Counted from the stretch's first letter, positions 9,560 through 19,622 are shown. The stretch is DNA of 25,503 nucleotides from a candidate division WOR-3 bacterium (GCA_965649055.1 CBFGJG010000030.1:1-25503), one strand, 5' to 3'. A program made the numbers and translations. Notes: generated by a model not told the origin, from the letters alone.

Positions 9560-12262
9560 ATGGAAAAAATCATACAATTCTTGAAATCCCAAAGAGGAAC
9601 AAAATTTTTATTTTTCCTTTTTACTTTTATATTTGTTATAATTGTCTACCTTTGGACAATTGCACCCACATTAGCATTCTGGGATTGTGGTGAGTTTATA
9701 ACCTGTTCATACATACTTGGGGTTCCACATCCACCTGGAACACCATTCTATGTTATTATTGGGAGGTTATTCTCTTTACTCCCTATTTCAAAAGATATTG
9801 GATACAGGGTCAATTTTTTCTCTTCTCTTTCAGGTGCTTTATCCGCAGCGTTCCTATATCTTATTATCATAAAAATAATTTCAATAGTATCCGCGAAAAG
9901 AGAGATTAATATTATACACCATCTCATTGCATTATCTGGGGCTTTATTATCCGCATTTGCATTCAGTGTATGGGATAACTCTGTAGAAGCAGAGGTCTAC
10001 TCACCTTCAAACCTTTTCCTTGTTATAGGTATGTGGCTTATACTACATTGGTATGATAACAGGGGAACTAAAGGGAATAAAAATACATTGCTTTTGGTGG
10101 TATATCTCGCATTTCTTTCTATGGGTATACATCTTTTACCACTTTTGCTCCTTCCGCCTTTACTTATTTTTGTTATACTTGTAGATTGGCGTGAGATAAT
10201 TGATACAAAATTTGTTATATCAGGTGTTATTCTTGCAATAATCGGTGTTACAACATATGCTTATCTTTATATCAGGGCAAAATTAAATCCTTATATAAAT
10301 GAGGCAGACCCATCAACCTTAAGAGCACTATGGGCTGTGTTTACGAGGGAACAATATGGTCCTATGAAACTTCTTCCAAGAAAGACACAGACTGAAACCG
10401 GTATGAGTTTAATCCCGGCATTCTGGGAACAGATAAAGGTCTATCTTAAGTATTATTCCTGGCAGTATTTCCCTTTCCCAAGGGAGAAAACAAACACTGT
10501 TCTTTCAATATTTTCAATGATTGGAACATATATTTATACCTTTCTTGGTGTTTCAGGTATGTATGTTCATTATAAGAGGGATAAAAAGACCTTCTGGCTT
10601 TTCTTTACATTGTTTATTCTCCTTTCCTTAGGGCTTGTTACATATCTTAATCTGAGATTCAGTCCTTCGGACCCAAATCCGAGGCATGAACCAAGGGAAG
10701 TAAGGGAAAGGGATTATTTCTTTGCTTCATCATATTTCTTCTTTGCTTTCTATGTTGGAATATTTCTATATTATTTATACGAGAAGATATCTTCGTCAAA
10801 ATTCTATAAATATCTGATATATCCTTATTATGCATTGATATTTTTTATTCCTATCCTTCCGATAATAAGCAATATAAAAAGCCATGTGAACAGAAGAGGA
10901 GATTACATACCTTATGATTATGCATACAATATGCTTGTTTCAGCAGACGAAAACTCTGTTGTTTTAACTAACGGAGATAATGATACATTCCCGTTATGGT
11001 TTATGCAGTATGTTGTAGGGTTTAGAAAACATGACCTTCCAAACAAAAAAGGTGTTATACTTGCAAATCTTTCACTCCTAAACACAAACTGGTATATAAA
11101 GCAGCTGAAAAAATGGGGCGTTCCAATGGATTTTGATACACCTTTCAGGGGTGTGGGTAGATTTGAAGAGGCATACAAAAAAGTAAGATTTAGAGGTTAT
11201 AAAGGGACATTTGAAGATTTTGTTATAGATAACCTTACACCCGTAAAGGCAGAGGATGGAAGTTTGCTGTTTGTAAAAGACCTTGCTATAAGAAATATAA
11301 TACTGGTGAGTTCAGGTATAACACCTAAACTTAAGGATTTTTTCATACCAGAATCAGTATTTGTAAAAGAGTATATAAAACCAGGTGTTTACAATCCTTC
11401 AATAAATCTTTATTTCTCTGCGACAGTAGCATATGAATCAAGGGTTGCTTACCAGAAACATCTTAAACTTGAAGGATTCCTTTACAAACTGCTTCCAGAA
11501 GAAAGCGAAGAAGAAATGGTAGACCAGGAAAAAACATACGACCTTCTTATGAATAAATTCAAATACAGGTCTGTTTTTGACAAAAGGATTTATAAAGATG
11601 AAAATACAACAAGGCTTCTTACAAATTATAGTGCATTGTTGTTCACACTCGGAAGAAGTATGAGATTAAATGTTATCAAATCACCATTTGTGTTTAACCC
11701 TGAAACATATGAGTTCCTTAAAGTTGACGAGAATCAGAAAGAAATCCTGAGGAAATCAGCAGAGGTTTTTGTCAAGGGTTTAAGCTTTTCAAATGATGAA
11801 AGAATCTGGGCAACCATTATGATTGAACTAAGGGCAATACTAAAGGTTATAAATGACCCTTCTTTTGCAATTGATTTAATTTCTCAGCTTGAGAAAGAAG
11901 GAGTATCACCTTATTTCTATTTCCTCAAAGGAGAGGTATATCGTCTTGTAGGTGATATCGATAATGCAGAATTAAATTTCAAGAAAGCAATGGAAAAATC
12001 CGAAAATGACCCTGGTATTTATTATTCTTACCTTAAGGTTCTTTTACTAAAAGGTGATAGAGCAAAGTTTGATTCAGTATTAAATTTGATTTTCAAGAAT
12101 CAGCAACTCTTTGGTGGTGTTTATGGATATGCAAATGCGCTGGGTGATACAGGGATGATGATTGATATTTTAAAATTTTACCTTATGATAAATCCAGGTG
12201 ATTATGAAACTAAAAATTATTTTGATTCTCTTAATTATAAGTTTTACAGGATGCCAAGATAA
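9560..12262 (+). CDS. DUF2723 / TMEM260-like multi-pass GT-C glycosyltransferase with C-terminal TPR-like region
   Basis: FWDCGEF, GVPHPPGTP, EAEVY, RERDYFF, TNGDNDTFPLW and NLSLLNTNWY motifs; many TM segments; TPR-like helices (YFYFLKGEVY...AELNFKKA). Confidence 0.85.
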   Translation: MEKIIQFLKSQRGTKFLFFLFTFIFVIIVYLWTIAPTLAFWDCGEFITCSYILGVPHPPGTPFYVIIGRLFSLLPISKDIGYRVNFFSSLSGALSAAFLYLIIIKIISIVSAKREINIIHHLIALSGALLSAFAFSVWDNSVEAEVYSPSNLFLVIGMWLILHWYDNRGTKGNKNTLLLVVYLAFLSMGIHLLPLLLLPPLLIFVILVDWREIIDTKFVISGVILAIIGVTTYAYLYIRAKLNPYINEADPSTLRALWAVFTREQYGPMKLLPRKTQTETGMSLIPAFWEQIKVYLKYYSWQYFPFPREKTNTVLSIFSMIGTYIYTFLGVSGMYVHYKRDKKTFWLFFTLFILLSLGLVTYLNLRFSPSDPNPRHEPREVRERDYFFASSYFFFAFYVGIFLYYLYEKISSSKFYKYLIYPYYALIFFIPILPIISNIKSHVNRRGDYIPYDYAYNMLVSADENSVVLTNGDNDTFPLWFMQYVVGFRKHDLPNKKGVILANLSLLNTNWYIKQLKKWGVPMDFDTPFRGVGRFEEAYKKVRFRGYKGTFEDFVIDNLTPVKAEDGSLLFVKDLAIRNIILVSSGITPKLKDFFIPESVFVKEYIKPGVYNPSINLYFSATVAYESRVAYQKHLKLEGFLYKLLPEESEEEMVDQEKTYDLLMNKFKYRSVFDKRIYKDENTTRLLTNYSALLFTLGRSMRLNVIKSPFVFNPETYEFLKVDENQKEILRKSAEVFVKGLSFSNDERIWATIMIELRAILKVINDPSFAIDLISQLEKEGVSPYFYFLKGEVYRLVGDIDNAELNFKKAMEKSENDPGIYYSYLKVLLLKGDRAKFDSVLNLIFKNQQLFGGVYGYANALGDTGMMIDILKFYLMINPGDYETKNYFDSLNYKFYRMPR

Positions 12263-13157
12263 GTCACTTCCGCATGCTGCAGGAAACAGGGATGAAGTAA
12301 TCGTCCTTGTTAAAGAAGGTGATGAGAATATTGCGAAGTTTTTATCACCATATATAGAGAAGGAATTTTTTCTTCCTTCCCGTGAGGTCGTCTATTATCT
12401 GAATATCAATGATTATTCAAGAATAACCACTTACAAATTATGGAGGAATCTGATTTTAATAGGTTATCCGGGAACATCTGTAGATACATTTCTTTCAGAT
12501 AAAGCAAAAGAAGAGGCAAAAAATGGTGCTGTTTTCCATGAGAAAGACCTTTTTGTTAAAGGCCAAACAGTTATTGTTATATACGGACAGAATAGAGATT
12601 CATTGAAAAAACTAATTGATGAATATGGAGAGACTATTTATCAAATATTAAGGAATGACGAAAAGGAAAGGATAAAAAATCTTCTCTATATTGATGGTGA
12701 ACAGAAGAAGAAACAGGAAGAAATGATGAAACTTTATGGTGCTTCTTTTAGAATCCCTTTAGGATACAAAATATCAGTGAAAGAAAGGAATATCATATCT
12801 TATATCAGACACTATCCTGATAGATTATTTACTTTATATTTTGAATTGAATGGGAAAATCAGAGACCCTGTGAAATTCAGGGATTCTCTTTTCACTATTT
12901 ATTTTGAGGCTGATTCAGTTCTTAAATCTCACACAACTATAGATACAGTAGAATTCCTGGGGATTAGGTCTTTAAGAATTAGAGGGGTCTGGCAGAATTA
13001 TGGAAAGGTTATGGGTGGTCCTTTTGTAAGTTATATGTTCGTAAAAAATAATATCTTATACTTTATTGATGGTCATCTTTTTTCACCACAATTTAAAAAA
13101 TGGCCATATCTTGAAGAATTACAGATCATACTTGAAACATTCAAAACGGAGATGTGA
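12204..13157 (+). CDS. DUF4837-like lipoprotein
   Basis: Signal peptide with lipobox FTGC (ATG 12204, AGGTG at 12196-12200); motifs G..DEVIVLV, FRIPLGY, RGVW, MGGPFVSY, DGHLFSP..KK....EEL. Confidence 0.7.
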   Translation: MKLKIILILLIISFTGCQDKSLPHAAGNRDEVIVLVKEGDENIAKFLSPYIEKEFFLPSREVVYYLNINDYSRITTYKLWRNLILIGYPGTSVDTFLSDKAKEEAKNGAVFHEKDLFVKGQTVIVIYGQNRDSLKKLIDEYGETIYQILRNDEKERIKNLLYIDGEQKKKQEEMMKLYGASFRIPLGYKISVKERNIISYIRHYPDRLFTLYFELNGKIRDPVKFRDSLFTIYFEADSVLKSHTTIDTVEFLGIRSLRIRGVWQNYGKVMGGPFVSYMFVKNNILYFIDGHLFSPQFKKWPYLEELQIILETFKTEM

Positions 13158-14108
13158 ATGATAAATGAAGTTAAAAAAGAAATAGGTAAAATTATTATAG
13201 GTCAAAAAGAAGTCATAGAAAATCTAATAATCAGCACACTTGTTGAAGGACACACCTTGATTATAGGAGCACCTGGTCTTGCAAAGACATTACTTGTTAA
13301 TTCTGTTGGGAGGGTTCTCGGATTGTCTTTTTCAAGGATCCAATTTACACCAGACCTTATGCCCACAGATATAACCGGGACAGAAATTATTCAGGAACTT
13401 GATACAAAAGAGAAAGTATTAAGATTTATAAAAGGACCTGTTTTTGCGAACATAGTTCTTGCTGATGAGATAAATCGTGCACCGCCTAAAACTCAATCTG
13501 CTTTACTTGAAGCAATGCAGGAAAGAAAGGTTACATATGCAGGGAAGAATTATGAACTTGAAGAGCCTTTTATTGTTATAGCAACACAAAATCCCATTGA
13601 ACAGGAAGGAACATATCCTTTGCCGGAGGCGCAACTTGACAGGTTTATGTTTTCTATTAACATAGGTTACCCCAAGGAGGAAGAAGAGAAAATTATAATT
13701 GCAAGAGGTGTGATAAGCGATGTTTCAAATCTAAAAACTATTTCATCAAAAAAAGAGATATTGAAGATAAAAAAAGAGATAGAGTCAATGCCTGTCAGTG
13801 AAGAAATAATAGATTTAATAATGCAACTTGTTAAAGATACAAGGCCTGAAACAACAACAATACCAGAAGTTAAAAAATTCGTGGAATGGGGAGTAAGCCC
13901 GAGGGGTGGACAGTATCTATTACTTGGTGCAAAAGGAAGGGCTTATTTTAATCAAAGACCTACACCTTCAATTGAAGATGTTATTAAAACAGTTCCGCTT
14001 GTTTTTTCTCACAGGATTATTCTAAACTTCCTCGCTAATGCAGAAGGTGTAAAGATGCAGGATATAATAAATTTAATAACAAAAAATGTTAGTTCAGTTT
14101 CAAAATAA
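13158..14108 (+). CDS. moxR: MoxR family AAA+ ATPase
   Basis: GAPGLAKT, RIQFTPDLMPTDITG, LADEINRAPPKTQSALLEAMQE, ATQNPIEQEGTYPLPEAQLDRF. Confidence 0.93.
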   Translation: MINEVKKEIGKIIIGQKEVIENLIISTLVEGHTLIIGAPGLAKTLLVNSVGRVLGLSFSRIQFTPDLMPTDITGTEIIQELDTKEKVLRFIKGPVFANIVLADEINRAPPKTQSALLEAMQERKVTYAGKNYELEEPFIVIATQNPIEQEGTYPLPEAQLDRFMFSINIGYPKEEEEKIIIARGVISDVSNLKTISSKKEILKIKKEIESMPVSEEIIDLIMQLVKDTRPETTTIPEVKKFVEWGVSPRGGQYLLLGAKGRAYFNQRPTPSIEDVIKTVPLVFSHRIILNFLANAEGVKMQDIINLITKNVSSVSK

Positions 14109-15219
14109 TCTGAGAAAAATTCTCGGAGAGATAAGCTCTCTTGCTGAGGAATTAAATTTCAATGTATATCTCGTTGGTGGTCCAGCAAGGGATACGATTT
14201 TAAATATTCCAGTTAAAGATATTGATGTTATGGTTCTTGAAGATGGAATAAATTTTGCAAAGGAATTTTGTAAGAAAAAAAAGAAAGAAGTAAAAATATT
14301 TAAGGAATTTCTAACTGCAAAAATACCTGATATGAATATAGATTTTTCAACTGCAAGAAAAGAGTCCTATCCTTTTTATGGAAGTTTACCGGTTGTTTCA
14401 AAAGGAACCCTTGAAGAAGATATGAAAAGAAGGGATTTTACGGTAAACGCAATATGTATATCATTAAACAAAAAAAACTTTGGTGAAGTGATTGATATTA
14501 CAGGTGGGCTTGATGATTTAAAAAATGGATTATTAAGAATTTTACACAAAGATAGTTTTAAAGAAGATCCGACAAGGATATTGAGGGGAATAAGATTTAT
14601 GGGAAGGTTCGGATTTGAATTCTCAAAAGATACCGAGGATATACTGATAAACGATAAGATATTTATAGAGAAAATATCTTTCGAAAGGATATTAAGGGAA
14701 ATTTTTTTAATCTGTAAGGAAGATGGAAAAGGTCTGAAATATTTAAAAAAATATGGACTGGAAAAAATACTGAATATAGATATTCCGGAAGAAGAACTTG
14801 ATACAATACTTAGTTTATCAAAAAAATATAAAATAGAACCTTTAAAAAGTATATTATCGTATCTTTTTTTCAATAACTGTGAAAGATTGAATATGAGGGA
14901 ATATAAAAAGAATCTGAAAATTATAAAAGAATTTCCAGATTCATATTTTGATGTGATTAAGGCATTGAAGATTGATTATGAATTTCTTCCACTTTTATAT
15001 GTTAAATCTGAAAATAAGAAAGATGTATTGAGGTTTATAGAAGAAAGAGACAATCTCTATGTTGAAATTACCGGTGATGAATTAAAAAAATTCGGTTTTT
15101 CAGGTGTAGAATTTGGAAAGATAAAAAAAGAATTGATAGAGGGAAGATGGAAAGGTTATATAAAGAATAAAAAAGATGAAATAAAATATATAAAAGGGAG
15201 GATAAATGGATATAAATGA
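14086..15219 (+). CDS. cca: class II tRNA nucleotidyltransferase (CCA- or A-adding enzyme)
   Basis: LVGG..RD, DIDV, DFSTAR, RRDFTVNA and SFKEDPTRILRGIRF motifs; the flexible loop between TAR and RRD is present. Confidence 0.85.
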   Translation: MLVQFQNNLRKILGEISSLAEELNFNVYLVGGPARDTILNIPVKDIDVMVLEDGINFAKEFCKKKKKEVKIFKEFLTAKIPDMNIDFSTARKESYPFYGSLPVVSKGTLEEDMKRRDFTVNAICISLNKKNFGEVIDITGGLDDLKNGLLRILHKDSFKEDPTRILRGIRFMGRFGFEFSKDTEDILINDKIFIEKISFERILREIFLICKEDGKGLKYLKKYGLEKILNIDIPEEELDTILSLSKKYKIEPLKSILSYLFFNNCERLNMREYKKNLKIIKEFPDSYFDVIKALKIDYEFLPLLYVKSENKKDVLRFIEERDNLYVEITGDELKKFGFSGVEFGKIKKELIEGRWKGYIKNKKDEIKYIKGRINGYK

Positions 15220-16280
15220 ATTAAAAAGTAAGGTTGAAGAAATCGGGAGGTTTCTTTGATATAGGAAATAAAAAGAAAAGGAAGGAAGAGATTGAAAAGA
15301 TAATGCAAAACGAGGATTTCTGGAAGGATTTGGAAAAGGCAAAGGAAATTAACAGGGAGTTAAAAGAGATAAATTTAAAAATAGATGAATATCAAAGTAT
15401 ATTAAATGAAGTGAATATTTTGGAGGAATTTATTGAGATAGGCGAATCTGAAGAAGAGATAAACAAAGAAATTACAAGGATAAAGAGGAAATTAAATGAA
15501 CTTGAAGAAAGAATATTACTTTCAGACAAAGATGATATAAGGGGTGCAATATTAACAATCCATCCGGGTGCAGGTGGAACTGAATCCTGTGATTGGGCAC
15601 AGATGCTTTTGAGGATGTATACGAGATTCATAGAAAGGAAAGGATTTAAATATGAAATTATAGATTATCAGGCAGGCGAAGAGGCTGGGATAAAAGATGC
15701 ATCAATAGAGATAAGGGCAGAATACGCCTATGGACTTTTAAAATCAGAAACAGGTGTTCACAGGCTTGTCAGGATTTCACCTTTTGATGCAAACAAGAGA
15801 AGGCATACATCATTTGTATCAGTATTTGTATATCCATTGATAGAAGATGATGTTCAGATTGATATAAAGGAAGATGAGATTCAGATGGAAACTTTCAGGG
15901 CGTCAGGACCTGGTGGTCAGAATGTTAATAAAGTTAATACAGCAGTAAGACTTATACATATACCCACTGGAATAACAGTTACAGCAAGGAGTGAAAGGTC
16001 GCAATTCCAAAATAGAAAAATTGCTATGCTGTTGCTCAAAGCAAAACTTTATGCACTTGAAAAAGAAAAACAGGAAGAAGAAAAAAGGAAACTTGAGGAT
16101 AAAAAAACAGATATATCATGGGGGAATCAGATAAGGTCCTATGTTTTACATCCATATAAGCTTGTAAAAGACCATAGAACTGAATTTGAGACATCAAATG
16201 CAGAGGCAGTCCTTGATGGTGATATTGACGATTTTATAAGTGAATATCTAAAATGGCTCAAATTGACAGAGAAGAATTAA
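15206..16280 (+). CDS. prfB: peptide chain release factor 2, translated through a programmed +1 frameshift (join 15206-15256 and 15258-16280; 357 aa)
   Basis: ATG 15206 after GGGAGG gives [17 protein letters not shown] then in-frame TGA; the +1 frame continues DIGNKK... with RF2 motifs SPF (RISPFDAN) and GGQ. Confidence 0.95.
15245..15260 (+). other. RF2 autoregulatory +1 frameshift site
   Basis: GGGAGG-TTT-CTT-TGA-T: internal SD-like sequence, 3-nt spacer and shifty CTT TGA, matching the canonical prfB layout. Confidence 0.93.
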
Positions 16281-17218
16281 TAAAGAAGATAAGAATAGGA
16301 TTAATAATATCTGTTGTGATTACACTTATAGTTTTCGTAAGTGCGTTTATATTCACATATGAAGAAGAAACAAAAGGTTTCTTCAAATACTTTAAAAAAA
16401 TTTATTTTCTTAATACATTGTTAGTATGGATATTGTTCATCTCTTTTGATGCCCTGACAATATTTTTTATATCTACAGGTATCAAGAAATTAAAAGTTAT
16501 TGATTGTTTTTCATTCATAACTATGGGGCAGTTTCTTACAGCTATTACACCTTTTGGTTTTCTTGGATTACCTTTTCAATTGTATTATCTAACAAAGAAA
16601 AATTATGAGATAAGCGAAGGCCTATCTGTTTTTGCAATAAAGAGCGCAATTTATACAGTAATATACATTTTCGTTATACCTGTTGTCTTCATTTACACGA
16701 GTTCTATATTTGAAAATATTTTTTTTAAACACGCATTCAAAATAATATCAGCTATAATTGTTTCAGGAATATGCTTGTTAGTATTCTTTCTTATTAAGCC
16801 TGAAATGATAACAAGGATAATTAAATGGAGAAAATTTTCAGAGCAGATATTGAAGTTCAGGGAAACTTTTCTTGGGTATTTCAGAAAAAACCCGGTTTTA
16901 TTTTTAATTTCTTTTTTCTTTGCAAACCTTTCCTATCTTTCCTATCTCTTCATTCCTGTATTCTTAATTCACGGATTGCATTCAGATGTTTCTACCCTAA
17001 AGATAATGATGTATCAGATAGTATTAAGATTCAGTATTCTTTTTTCACCAGCACCCGGTGGTAGTGGTATTGCAGAGGCTGGTTTCCTTGCATTATTCTT
17101 TAAGACTATTCCAAGACATTATCTTGGGATATACACACTTTTATGGAGATTTTTTACAGCATATTTAGGGCCGATTATTGGTGGAATAATATTAATCAAT
17201 TTTTTAAGAAAGAGATAA
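16253..17218 (+). CDS. lysylphosphatidylglycerol synthase TM-domain / UPF0104 flippase-like membrane protein
   Basis: Multi-TM protein with [19 protein letters not shown] and LLWRF motifs. Confidence 0.82.
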   Translation: MAQIDREELIKKIRIGLIISVVITLIVFVSAFIFTYEEETKGFFKYFKKIYFLNTLLVWILFISFDALTIFFISTGIKKLKVIDCFSFITMGQFLTAITPFGFLGLPFQLYYLTKKNYEISEGLSVFAIKSAIYTVIYIFVIPVVFIYTSSIFENIFFKHAFKIISAIIVSGICLLVFFLIKPEMITRIIKWRKFSEQILKFRETFLGYFRKNPVLFLISFFFANLSYLSYLFIPVFLIHGLHSDVSTLKIMMYQIVLRFSILFSPAPGGSGIAEAGFLALFFKTIPRHYLGIYTLLWRFFTAYLGPIIGGIILINFLRKR

Positions 17219-17279
17219 ACTATTCCTGTTAAAACCTGTAATTCTTTTTAATTAAAGTAATATAATACAAAATTTTCAT

Positions 17280-17307
17280 TTGACAAAAAATTATAATATT
17301 TTAACAT
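17280..17307 (+). promoter_or_regulatory. possible sigma70-type promoter of the permease gene
   Basis: TTGACA (17280-17285), 16 bp, TAACAT (17302-17307); SD GAGGAG at 17314-17319. Confidence 0.45.
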
Positions 17308-17322
17308 CCTTTTGAGGAGAGA

Positions 17323-19152
17323 ATGGAAAAAAGGAAACTAAATCTAATAGACATATTCTCAATCGCAACAGGTGCTATGATAAGTTCAGGGATATTCATA
17401 CTCCCTGGTATTGCATATGCTAAAACAGGTCCTTCTGTTGTTCTGTCTTACATTATCGCTTCTCTTTTTGCATTACCGGGTATGTTAAGTATGGCAGAAC
17501 TTATAACAGCTATGCCAAGAACAGGTTCGGAAACTTACATACTTCTAAAAGGTCTTGGGCCTGATGTTGGTTTTGTTGCAGGCCTTATTGCGTGTTTTTC
17601 TTTAATTACAAAAGCTGCTTTTTCACTGATAGGTCTTTCAATATTAATTCAAAATATATTAAGATTGCCAATATGGTTTATTGCATCAGTCCTTTGCGTT
17701 ATTCTGTTTTATTTCAACCTTTTAGGTTTAAAAAAGGCTACACTTCTACAAAATATTCTTGTTATTTTCCTTATATTGATAATGTTTTGCTATCCTGCTC
17801 TGTCATTCAAAGAAATAAATCTTTCACATTTCAGACCATTTTTTAAAAAAGATATAATATCTGTTTTTTCAACAGCTGGTTTTGTTTTTATATCCTATGC
17901 AGGACTTTTAAAGATTTCTACTGTTGCAGGTGAGACAAAAAGACCCGGGAAATACCTTCCAATAGGTATGTTCAGTTCTTATTTTGTTATTCTTATACTT
18001 TATACAATATCAGTTTTTACTACCATAGGAATCCTTGGTGAAGAAAAACTATCTTCAAGCCTTACACCACTTGCAGATGGAGCTTATAAGATTATTGGAA
18101 TTTGGGGAAGAATTATTATGAATATTGGAGCGATTTTTGCTTTCGTCTCAACTGCAAATGCAGGTATGATGAGTGCTGCAAGGACATTGATTCCATTGAG
18201 TGAATTCAGGCTTCTTCCACCATTTATATCAAGAATAAATAAAAGATTTATGACACCACATTTTTCATTGATTGTTGTTTCTCTTATTATGATTGCTTTT
18301 TTATTTTTAAAGATAGAAATCCTTGTAGAAGTAGCATCAATTTTTCTTGTGATTCAACATATTTTTGTTAACCTTGCAGTTATTGTTTTCAGGGAATCAA
18401 AGATTCAGAGTTACAAACCCACATTTAATTCTCCATTATATCCTTATATTCAGATTATTGGTGTGATATTCCTGATATTTATTCTAATTGAGATGGAGCC
18501 TCTTCCTATTGCTCTTGCATCAGTTATTCTTATTCTTTTCTTCCTTCTTGCATTGCTTATTAAGAGTGAGAAAAAAAATGTTGAATATGCATTATTAAAA
18601 ATAGTTGAGAATATTACAAAAAAAGATTCGATGTGTGATGTTATTGAGAAGGAATTAAGTGAGATTGTCTTTGAAAGAGATGAGATTGTAAAGGACAGAT
18701 TTGATGAAATGATAGAAAATTGCAAGATTCTGGATATAGATGAAAAGATAGATTTAAATAGGATAATGGAAATAATATCAGAGGAGTTTGCAAACGAACT
18801 TGGTATGAAAAAAGAAAAGATATTGGAGGAATTTTTGAATAGAGAGAAGGAAGGTAGCACAGTTATAAACGATTATCTTGCTATTCCACATATAATAATT
18901 GAAGGTAGGAAAGTTTTAAAGATTTTAATAATCAGGGCTAAGAAAGGGGTTCAATTTTCTGATGAATACAAAGATATAAATATAATATTTGCAATTGTTG
19001 CAAGCCCTGATGAAAGGAATTTCTATCTTAAAACACTTGCTGCAATTGCGCAGGTTTGTCATTCATACAATTTTGACAAAAAATGGCTCTGTGCAAGGAA
19101 TACAGAATCATTGAGGCATTTGATACTTCATAGTTCAAGAAGAAGATTTTAG
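17323..19152 (+). CDS. APC-family amino acid permease fused to a C-terminal PTS EIIA (fructose/mannitol/Ntr-type) domain
   Basis: GAMISSGIFILPG (APC TM1), GFVFISYAG...AGE (TM6), multiple TMs; C-terminal REKEGST...LAIPH containing the phospho-acceptor His. Confidence 0.88.
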   Translation: MEKRKLNLIDIFSIATGAMISSGIFILPGIAYAKTGPSVVLSYIIASLFALPGMLSMAELITAMPRTGSETYILLKGLGPDVGFVAGLIACFSLITKAAFSLIGLSILIQNILRLPIWFIASVLCVILFYFNLLGLKKATLLQNILVIFLILIMFCYPALSFKEINLSHFRPFFKKDIISVFSTAGFVFISYAGLLKISTVAGETKRPGKYLPIGMFSSYFVILILYTISVFTTIGILGEEKLSSSLTPLADGAYKIIGIWGRIIMNIGAIFAFVSTANAGMMSAARTLIPLSEFRLLPPFISRINKRFMTPHFSLIVVSLIMIAFLFLKIEILVEVASIFLVIQHIFVNLAVIVFRESKIQSYKPTFNSPLYPYIQIIGVIFLIFILIEMEPLPIALASVILILFFLLALLIKSEKKNVEYALLKIVENITKKDSMCDVIEKELSEIVFERDEIVKDRFDEMIENCKILDIDEKIDLNRIMEIISEEFANELGMKKEKILEEFLNREKEGSTVINDYLAIPHIIIEGRKVLKILIIRAKKGVQFSDEYKDINIIFAIVASPDERNFYLKTLAAIAQVCHSYNFDKKWLCARNTESLRHLILHSSRRRF

Positions 19153-19179
19153 TTATCAGGCTTTGAAATCTGGAAGAAT

Positions 19180-19207
19180 AAGGCATATCCTGCCTTTAGA
19201 TGTTTTT
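19180..19207 (+). terminator. possible intrinsic terminator
   Basis: AAGGCA-TATCC-TGCCTT hairpin (6-bp stem) starting 28 nt after the permease stop, followed by tagatgttttt. Confidence 0.35.
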
Positions 19208-19258
19208 GTCATTTCAAGATGCAAAGAATCTCTGGAATCCAAGGTTTTCAGTACAAAA

Positions 19259-19276
19259 GTTGAAAGTTTATTGACC
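19259..19276 (+). repeat. dispersed intergenic repeat, copy 2 (degenerate: GTTGAAAGTTTAT---TGACC)
   Basis: 13 nt identical to copies 1 and 3, then TGACC matching copy 1 if a 3-nt gap is allowed. Confidence 0.7.
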
Positions 19277-19382
19277 ACCATATTTTTCAAAGAAACTTGA
19301 CAAAAATGTTCCACCTATTAAATATAATAAAAGATATGTTAGATCGTTTACTTAACTTGATTAAAATAAAAAAGGAGGTTAG

Positions 19383-19622
19383 ATGAGATATTTTTTACTT
19401 TTATTTTTACCATTATTTGTATCTTCTACCCCTTACCTTTCATCAAAAATAAGTAATAATTATTGTTATGTTTCCGTATTTGACCTTTTAGGTGCAGAGT
19501 CTGAAGCAGTATCTTCCATTTTCATTGACGATGACAGTCCGATATGGATGATAGGAGCGTGTTTTTTAACAGGCTGTCTTGCAGGTTGGGCTATAACAGA
19601 ATTCGTCGAGTTTTTTCGTTAG
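19383..19622 (+). CDS. small exported/membrane hypothetical protein (79 aa)
   Basis: Strong SD AAGGAGG; signal-peptide-like N-terminus; C-terminal hydrophobic helix with ACFLTGC. Confidence 0.65.
   Translation: MRYFLLLFLPLFVSSTPYLSSKISNNYCYVSVFDLLGAESEAVSSIFIDDDSPIWMIGACFLTGCLAGWAITEFVEFFR

Noticed and set aside
15234..16280. RF2 starting at TTG 15234, or prfB as a frameshifted pseudogene or selenocysteine read-through
   Set aside because: The SD-ATG at 15206 and the SD-CTT-TGA shift site explain the structure as the known programmed +1 frameshift.
19297..19328. TTGACA...TATAAT as a perfect sigma70 promoter for the small genes
   Set aside because: The spacer to TATAAT (19323) is 20 bp and only weak -10 candidates lie at 16-18 bp, so it is not listed as a feature.
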